64,000 nucleotides of DNA from Candidatus Nanoarchaeia archaeon (GTDB lineage Archaea > Nanobdellota > Nanobdellia > Pacearchaeales > GW2011-AR1). Below the pieces are notes generated by a model. The model was not told the origin of the DNA. It searched no databases and saw only the letters and a list, made by a program, of their open reading frames with translations. Of the stretch, positions 57,682 through 64,000 are shown one piece after another. The position numbers and the translations under genes are program-made. The DNA is taken from the NCBI GenBank assembly GCA_028711165.1, contig JAQTST010000001.1:232857-296856 (forward strand), written 5' to 3'. Numbering within the stretch: the stretch's first letter is position 1; the number at the start of each line of letters is the position of its first letter.

Positions 57682-57981
57682 CTAAGAAAATATTAATTTC
57701 GGTGCTTCACTTGGAAAACTATTTAAAAAAATTTCAATTTCTTCTTTATGAGTAAATGGGTCATCTGTTACTATGCGAGTTTCTAAATAATGTTTCATTG
57801 CTTGGACAGGTGTTTCAAATCTTTGAACCCATTTTGAGTTCCAGCAATTTGGAGAATATTGTTGCCTTTCATGATATAATATATCTACTGCACTTTCTGA
57901 TTCTCTTGTAATTTTTCCTATTCCCATTGAACCAAGAAACCATCCATAAACTGCCCAAGGTTTTTCTATTTCATTCTCCAT
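57682..57981 (-). CDS. Hypothetical protein
   Basis: 99-aa ORF. Confidence 0.55.
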   Translation of the reverse strand: MENEIEKPWAVYGWFLGSMGIGKITRESESAVDILYHERQQYSPNCWNSKWVQRFETPVQAMKHYLETRIVTDDPFTHKEEIEIFLNSFPSEAPKLIFS

Positions 57982-58016
57982 CTTTTATTTTAATATTTGT
58001 ACCTTTTTAAGAATTA

Positions 58017-58298
58017 TTATTTCACAGTAAATAATTTGTCGTCGGTAACGTCGAAAATATCGAGACGAACTCCAGAATCAAGCCAGCCGTGAGCATAATT
58101 TAATGCAGCAAATGCATTCACAAAATCTCCTTTTTTTTCAAAATGTTTTGCATCGGAAAGATAATTAGAAACCATCTCGATTATTTCCTTAGCGTATTTT
58201 TCTCTTCCTTTGATTATATTTTTTTTAACTTCTTTAAGTGCCTCTGATGTCAGTGAAAAATATTTTTTCAGTTTTTCTTCTGTTATCCTGTCTTTCAT
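58017..58298 (-). CDS. DUF357 family protein
   Basis: YLSDAKHF...AALNYAHGWLDSG. Confidence 0.9.
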   Translation of the reverse strand: MKDRITEEKLKKYFSLTSEALKEVKKNIIKGREKYAKEIIEMVSNYLSDAKHFEKKGDFVNAFAALNYAHGWLDSGVRLDIFDVTDDKLFTVK

Positions 58299-58328
58299 AA
58301 TTAGTTAGACTTTTCAATATTTATTAAA

Positions 58329-59024
58329 TTAACCGAATGAAACTCTTGGCGTCGCTGAAGCATATTGCGGTTTTCTCGATGCTGCCATTTTTCTTATAAT
58401 AAATCTTGAGCCTACAACTTCTGAAATAACTGCTGAAAGAATCAAATTACCGACGGCAACTCTGTAAACTCCTTCTTCAACCGGAATTTTTGAAGCGACT
58501 GAAAACGCGTTCATCACCCGGGTGATGTCTTCTTTATTTAGAATTATTCCTGTGGGTCTTGTCCCCATTGCTCCTGTGACAATAACTTTCTCGTCGGGAT
58601 TAACCTCAATTAATCTCACTGACGGGTCTTTTATCAGAGGATTTAATTTCCACAAATCAATTTCGACTCCTGCTGTGGGAATTGGTTTTAAATATTCAAG
58701 GTGTGCCGGAAGTTTTGACTCGGGGATTAACAGAGAAGGTTTTTGCACTTCCATCATTCTTATTATTCTCTTTCTTGTTGCGGGTTTTCTGAAAACTTTT
58801 TCCGGAAGAGAAATTTCAAATTCTGTTTTTATAATTCCTTCCGAGGGCAATTTCTTATATTCTGTTCTTATAATTTTTTTTCTCGGGGCAAATTTTCTCC
58901 TTTCTTTTATATCAATTATTCCCTGAAGTTTTCTCAACTCCATTTTTTCAGAGTGCTTGATTAATTCTTCTGTAAATTTAATTAGAAAAAATTTTTTGAA
59001 ATCTTCGGAAAATGTCTGGCTCAT
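58329..59024 (-). CDS. Hypothetical protein; C-terminus resembles a secretion-ATPase N-domain
   Basis: LNPLIKDPSVRLIE pattern. Confidence 0.6.
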   Translation of the reverse strand: MSQTFSEDFKKFFLIKFTEELIKHSEKMELRKLQGIIDIKERRKFAPRKKIIRTEYKKLPSEGIIKTEFEISLPEKVFRKPATRKRIIRMMEVQKPSLLIPESKLPAHLEYLKPIPTAGVEIDLWKLNPLIKDPSVRLIEVNPDEKVIVTGAMGTRPTGIILNKEDITRVMNAFSVASKIPVEEGVYRVAVGNLILSAVISEVVGSRFIIRKMAASRKPQYASATPRVSFG

Positions 59025-59578
59025 GCTTCCTGTACGAATTTTGTTTTAGGGGGTTCAGTTTGCGGTGACATTGGGGAAGTTCCCATATTTCTCATTTGCG
59101 GAGGAGGAATCATTCTTTGGGGCGGAGGCATTTGTCTTGGCTGCATTTGCATTTGCGGCTGCTGAATTTGCTGTGCCGGCATTATAATTACTTCCTGTTC
59201 CTCTGGCATACTCTTTTCATGAAGAAGAGCAATACCTTTTGCAATTACTTTATCATGTTCGAGAAGAGAATCAAGCTTCGCTAAAATTTTTTTGTCTTCT
59301 CCTGTTGAATATCCTTTTTCAGAGAGAGTCTTTGCAGAAATTTCAAATAATTCAAGAAGCTTTGAAATCTGGTCAGAGAGGCTGTCAAATTTTACTGCCA
59401 TGTTCGTCATAACTTTCTGAAGAGAGACAAAATTTTCAACGAGTATTTTTTCAACACCTGTCCCGCCTGTTTCTCTTTTTTTCGGAGGAGAATAAACTCT
59501 TTTTACAGTGACGTGAGTTTTTGGTTTGTCCTCTTTTATTATTGTCTCTGTTTTTACTACCTTCTTTTTTACAACCAT
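59021..59578 (-). CDS. Coiled-coil protein with Pro/Gln/Met-rich tail
   Basis: LVENFVSLQKVM...LLELFEISAK. Confidence 0.7.
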   Translation of the reverse strand: MVVKKKVVKTETIIKEDKPKTHVTVKRVYSPPKKRETGGTGVEKILVENFVSLQKVMTNMAVKFDSLSDQISKLLELFEISAKTLSEKGYSTGEDKKILAKLDSLLEHDKVIAKGIALLHEKSMPEEQEVIIMPAQQIQQPQMQMQPRQMPPPQRMIPPPQMRNMGTSPMSPQTEPPKTKFVQEA

Positions 59579-59617
59579 TGTAGAATAAGGTTTTATTTAT
59601 TTATAAAATTTTGTTAT

Positions 59618-62017
59618 TTAGAAAATATCCAAAACGCCTTTTTCCTCTTCATCGTCCTTTACAGGTGCAACTTCCTCTTCGTAAAATTCCTCTTCTTTTC
59701 CCTCGACGCCATTTATAATCGGAGCCTCTTTTTCCTTAGACTGATACTGCCTTGGCTCTTCTCCTCTTACTCTTTCAATTTCTGCAACATAATCTGAAAT
59801 TTCTTTTGCGACGTCGGCGTTTACACTTATGCTGTCAATTCCTTTTTCCACGAGGAACTTTACCATATCTTTTCTGCTTCCTGCCTGCCCGCAGATGCTT
59901 GTCTCGACGTTATTTCTCTTGCAGACTCTTATCACAAATTCAATCTGATACAAAACTGCAGGATGCATTTCGTTGTAAATATGCTGGACTTCTTCATTTC
60001 CCCTGTCAACAGCGAGGATATACTGCGTCAAATCATTTGTTCCGAAGGAGATAAACTCAATTCCCTCTTCACACAATTCTTTAATTATCTGAACTGCTGC
60101 CGGCGTTTCAATCATCACCCCGAGTTTCGCAGTTGAAAAATTAATTTCTTTCAGAATCTCTTTCACTTTCTGCACTTCTTCGACGGAAATTATCTGAGGC
60201 ATCATTATCCCGACTTTTTTTCCCGACGCTGCAACTCTTTTCATCGCGTTTAATTCTGCTTTCAAAATCTTCGGATTTTTTATTCCGTATCTTATTCCGT
60301 GCATTCCCAACATTGGATTGAGTTCAACTTTTGCAGACGCACCTTCGAGATTCTGGAATTCGTCGCTTCTTATATCAGAAGTTCTCACCCACATTTCGTC
60401 GAAGAACTTTGCAATTCCTGACAAGCCCTTGAAAATCACTTCTTCGTAATCTTCTATTTTTCCTTTGTTCAAAAAGTAATTTGGATGCTTTCCTGATTCG
60501 GCAATTATTCCCTCGATTCTCGTGAGCCCGATGTGCTTGATTCCTGTCAGTGAAGCTCTTTCTGCAAAAGTAGGCAAATCGACAATTAATTTTATTCTGG
60601 TTTTTGTTTTCGTGGTTACCGGGAGAATTTCTTTCTTTTTTGTTTCTGCGATTTTCCCTTTGTAAACCTGCCCTGAACTTCCGTCGACAGTGACTATGTC
60701 TCCGTCTTTTAATTTTTCTGTTGCATCGCGTGTTCCGACTACAGCAGGGATTCCCATTTCTCTTGAGACAATTGCAGCATGAGCAGTGAGCCCGCCCTCG
60801 TCAGTTATTATCGCGGCAGATTTCTGCATTGTAACAACCATGTCGGGATTTGTCATTATCGTAACTAAAATATCTCCTTCGACAATTTTGTTCAGGTCTG
60901 CCAAATCTTTTATTACCTTGACTTTTCCTGAGCCGATTCCCGGAGATGCTCCAAGCCCCGAGAGAATTACTTCTCCCTCGATTTCTTCTGTTTCTATTTT
61001 CTTTTCTCTTGTTGTAACTGCTCTTGTTTGAAGAATGTAAAGCTCTCCGTTCTCGACGGCAAATTCTATATCCTGAGGTTTTTTGTAATGCTCTTCAAGT
61101 TTTAGTGATATCTCTGCAAATTTTTTTATTTCATATTCTTTCAAAACCTGCTGATTTGATTTTTCTTCACTTAGTTTTACGAGTTTTTGCCCTCCGCCCG
61201 AATCTCTTGTTATTGCAACTTTCTTGTCAGAAATTTTTTTGTCGAGAATCTCCAAGTCAGAGGAAAGAATATATTTGTCAGGAGTTATTCTTCCTGAAAC
61301 AATTCCCTCTCCCAACCCGAAAACAGCCTCGATAATTATATTGTCTGTCTTATTTGTCGGGTCTTTTGAGAAAATTACTCCTGATTTTTCTGAGTCAATC
61401 ATTCTCTGCACTACGACGGAGAGACTGACTTTTATTTTTTCATAACCTTTTTTGTGACGGTAATATGTTGCTCTCGCGGTGAACAAAGATGCGAAACATT
61501 TTTTGATGCTCGTGATTAATTCTGTTTTTCCCTTGACGTTGAGAAAAGTCTCCTGCTGTCCTGCAAAACTTGCATCTGCCAAATCTTCTGCTGTCGCGCT
61601 TGAACGAACAGCGACGAAAATAGGCTCTGAATTTTTCAGCATTTCAAGAACTCCTTTTGCATTTTTTAAATTGTTTGTGTCAAGAAGTTCATACGCCTCG
61701 AAGATTTCTTCCTGCATTCCCTTTGGTAAATCTGCTTTGATAATCATCTCACGAATTTTTTTTGTCGCGTCTTCCAGCTCTTTTGTGTTTTCGTATTCTA
61801 TCTGCCCGAGGATTTCGTTCATCTTTTCCCTGAGCCCCGCTTTTTCTATAAAATAATCATATGCCTGTGCTGTGACGACGAATCCGGGCGGGACATTGAC
61901 TTTGAGGTTGTACATCTCACCAAGATTTGCTCCTTTTCCTCCTGCAACAGGACCGGAATTTTTATTGAGTTCAGAAAACCATTTTACGAAGTCTATCTTT
62001 TCCTCTTTTTCTTTCAT
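59618..62017 (-). CDS. ppsA: Phosphoenolpyruvate synthase
   Basis: GGKGANLGE, VRSSATAEDL..ASFAGQ, TAHAAIVSRE and SFGTNDLTQ motifs. Confidence 0.96.
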   Translation of the reverse strand: MKEKEEKIDFVKWFSELNKNSGPVAGGKGANLGEMYNLKVNVPPGFVVTAQAYDYFIEKAGLREKMNEILGQIEYENTKELEDATKKIREMIIKADLPKGMQEEIFEAYELLDTNNLKNAKGVLEMLKNSEPIFVAVRSSATAEDLADASFAGQQETFLNVKGKTELITSIKKCFASLFTARATYYRHKKGYEKIKVSLSVVVQRMIDSEKSGVIFSKDPTNKTDNIIIEAVFGLGEGIVSGRITPDKYILSSDLEILDKKISDKKVAITRDSGGGQKLVKLSEEKSNQQVLKEYEIKKFAEISLKLEEHYKKPQDIEFAVENGELYILQTRAVTTREKKIETEEIEGEVILSGLGASPGIGSGKVKVIKDLADLNKIVEGDILVTIMTNPDMVVTMQKSAAIITDEGGLTAHAAIVSREMGIPAVVGTRDATEKLKDGDIVTVDGSSGQVYKGKIAETKKKEILPVTTKTKTRIKLIVDLPTFAERASLTGIKHIGLTRIEGIIAESGKHPNYFLNKGKIEDYEEVIFKGLSGIAKFFDEMWVRTSDIRSDEFQNLEGASAKVELNPMLGMHGIRYGIKNPKILKAELNAMKRVAASGKKVGIMMPQIISVEEVQKVKEILKEINFSTAKLGVMIETPAAVQIIKELCEEGIEFISFGTNDLTQYILAVDRGNEEVQHIYNEMHPAVLYQIEFVIRVCKRNNVETSICGQAGSRKDMVKFLVEKGIDSISVNADVAKEISDYVAEIERVRGEEPRQYQSKEKEAPIINGVEGKEEEFYEEEVAPVKDDEEEKGVLDIF

Positions 62018-62068
62018 CAGGAAAAAAACAAAAACAAGTTAATAAATATTTTTATTCTACTAGAAGGA

Positions 62069-62263
62069 TTATTTCTTTTTTGTGCCGTCTTCGCTTATTG
62101 CACTGACAGGACATGATTCAAGCGCTTCCTTGACGCAGGGAATATCTTTCTGAGCCTTCACCATCGCTTTCCCGTCTTTTCCCATCGCGAAAACTTCGGA
62201 GCAGATTGTCGCACATAAACCGCATCCGATACAAGCATTCTTATCCACCACAATTCTCACCAT
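62069..62263 (-). CDS. Monocluster ferredoxin
   Basis: CIGCGLC...CPVSAI. Confidence 0.9.
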   Translation of the reverse strand: MVRIVVDKNACIGCGLCATICSEVFAMGKDGKAMVKAQKDIPCVKEALESCPVSAISEDGTKKK

Positions 62264-62314
62264 GCGCAGAATATAGAAGATTAAGTTTATAAATCTAATT
62301 TTTCTAAATAAAAT

Positions 62315-62872
62315 ATGGTAGACTCATTGGTATGGATAATCGGCGGAATTGCAGCTGCTGTTGTATTTGTATTCTTTTATTATTTTAATCGTTTTTCTGT
62401 TCTTGGAAACAGAATTGATAATTCTCTCAGCCAAATTGATGTTCAGCTGAAACGAAGAGCTGATTTGATTCCTAACCTGATTGAAACTGTCAAGGGTTAT
62501 GCTAAACACGAGAAATCTTTGATAAAAGAAGTTACTGACGCCAGAAAAGCTTTAGTCAGCGCGGAAAACCTCGTCGGTAAAGTCAAGGCAGATAAAGTTC
62601 TTGAAAATGCTTTAGGAAGATTGTTCGCAATTGCAGAAGCGTACCCTGATTTGAAAGCAAACACAAATTTCCTTGAATTGCAGAAAGAACTTGCAACTAC
62701 CGAGGACAAAGTCGCATACTCAAGACAATATTACAATGACAGCATACTTACTTACAACACTCTCTGCACAACAATGCCGGGAATGTTCTTTGCCAAGCTT
62801 TACGGCAGAAAATCAAGAGAATATCTTCAGATAGCTGAGTCAGAGAAAGAACCTGTTAAAGTTGAATTCTAA
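62315..62872 (+). CDS. lemA: LemA family protein
   Basis: QIDVQLKRRADLIPNL and EAYPDLKA motifs. Confidence 0.95.
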   Translation: MVDSLVWIIGGIAAAVVFVFFYYFNRFSVLGNRIDNSLSQIDVQLKRRADLIPNLIETVKGYAKHEKSLIKEVTDARKALVSAENLVGKVKADKVLENALGRLFAIAEAYPDLKANTNFLELQKELATTEDKVAYSRQYYNDSILTYNTLCTTMPGMFFAKLYGRKSREYLQIAESEKEPVKVEF

Positions 62873-63121
62873 TTAATCGTAAACTCTACTTCTCTTATCA
62901 ATTTTTAAGACGTATAAAACTTTAATTTTTTCCTGAACATCGACGATAATTCTGTAATCTCCGACTCTTAACTTGTATCCTTTAATCTGTTCTAAATGCT
63001 TCAAATAGCGGAATGGTTCTTGTTTACATTCCTGCAATTTATTCCAAATTCTCTCTTTAATTGAATGCTCTAATTTATCCAAGAAGTCTAAAGCTCTTTT
63101 ATCAAATTGAATTTCATACAT
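62873..63121 (-). CDS. RelE/ParE family toxin
   Basis: MYEIQF...YKLRVGDYRII...R.RVYD; start at 63121. Confidence 0.9.
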   Translation of the reverse strand: MYEIQFDKRALDFLDKLEHSIKERIWNKLQECKQEPFRYLKHLEQIKGYKLRVGDYRIIVDVQEKIKVLYVLKIDKRSRVYD

Positions 63122-63122
63122 C

Positions 63123-63368
63123 TTACAAGCCGAGAATTTTCTTTGCCTCTGCTTCTGTGTAGAATTCCCCTTTCTTAATTCTTTCTCTTGCTTCTTTAAT
63201 TTCTTTGATTGTCTTTTGAGATAGTTTTGGTTCATTTTCGCATTTGGTTGCAATATAGATTAATTTTCTAATTAATTCATTGTAGCTCTCATTTTTGTAT
63301 TGCTTGAATTTATCAAGTTCTTCTTTTGTGCTAACATTTAGTCTTATTGTTGTTTCCATTTCATTCAA
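63123..63368 (-). CDS. Putative antitoxin (RHH-like)
   Basis: TTIRL...ESYNELI...; immediately upstream of the toxin. Confidence 0.82.
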   Translation of the reverse strand: MNEMETTIRLNVSTKEELDKFKQYKNESYNELIRKLIYIATKCENEPKLSQKTIKEIKEARERIKKGEFYTEAEAKKILGL

Positions 63369-63485
63369 TCATTCAATCAAATCTTATTAGATTTGTATAT
63401 TTATGTATACAAAAGTATATTTAAATCTTTCTAAGTTGAATTCTAATTGCTAAATTGTTTTAAATCTTTGAACTTTTTTTAGTTT

Positions 63486-63962
63486 ATGGGATTTGATTTT
63501 GAATTTAAACTTCTTGATGATGAAAAGGAACTTAAACAATTAGAGAAACATCTGATTGAACAGCCATTTGATTATCCTCATTATGAAGATTGGGTTGAAA
63601 AGGCAATCAGTGAGATTGATTGGGGCTACAAGAAAACGATTCTTGCTTTCAGCGACGGCATTATTGTTGGCAATGGGATTTTTCAGCCGCATAAAACCCT
63701 CCCCAAAATTATGGAATTTAAAAACATGAGAATTCACCCCGCTTTGCAAGGGAGATATTTCGGTTTTTTTATTGCAAGACAAGTCGAGGCAGAATCAAAA
63801 GATTATGATGCGATTATTTGTGACACTCGTTCAGACAGATTAGATGTTTTGAATTTACTAAAACTTTGCGGGTACAGAGAAATTGCAAGAGCTCTGTTAT
63901 ATGATTCAAATACTGAAGATGTTGTCCTGCTTAAAAATCTAAACAAAAGTCTAACAGATTAA
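63486..63962 (+). CDS. GNAT family acetyltransferase
   Basis: RIHPALQGRYFG motif A; L...GY. Confidence 0.75.
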   Translation: MGFDFEFKLLDDEKELKQLEKHLIEQPFDYPHYEDWVEKAISEIDWGYKKTILAFSDGIIVGNGIFQPHKTLPKIMEFKNMRIHPALQGRYFGFFIARQVEAESKDYDAIICDTRSDRLDVLNLLKLCGYREIARALLYDSNTEDVVLLKNLNKSLTD

Positions 63963-64000
63963 AATTTAAAAACTCTTTTTTCCTTTTCCTATCATGGTTG

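Noticed and set aside
63122..63253. N-terminal extension of RelE
   Set aside because: Alternate frame of the antitoxin gene; the toxin begins MYEIQF at 63121

Overview
AT-rich archaeal chromosome segment. Gene content and style suggest a DPANN archaeon, probably Pacearchaeota/Woesearchaeota-like (inference). It carries core informational genes: valS, aRF1, rpoL, radB, topA, TFS, cdc48, map, polB, fen1, trm5, rfcS/rfcL, pheS/pheT, rpp30 and pyrH. Genes missed by the ORF track include Sec61-beta, the start of NAC and eL41. There are four tRNAs: Lys-CTT with a 37-nt intron, Glu-CTC with a 153-nt structured intron, Gln-CTG and Thr-GGT. Accessory content includes a bacterial-type ackA-pduL pair, a surface-protein island, a bacterial-like padR-EFR1-M28-uvrA2 operon, a membrane-anchored DAC-domain protein and a RelE-type TA pair. 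The most unusual signal is a system of short, modular, structured, non-coding inserts. Family A is a ~60-bp hairpin whose loop carries a (CCCN)3CCC G-quadruplex-type motif; about 9 copies all lie in the same orientation, and two sit in frame inside protein genes. Family B lies behind tRNA 3' ends, flanked by duplicated tRNA ends. Families C and D lie at gene junctions and transcript 5' ends. The modules nest inside one another, and many are flanked by direct repeats of the host sequence. No transposase or integrase is present in the window.
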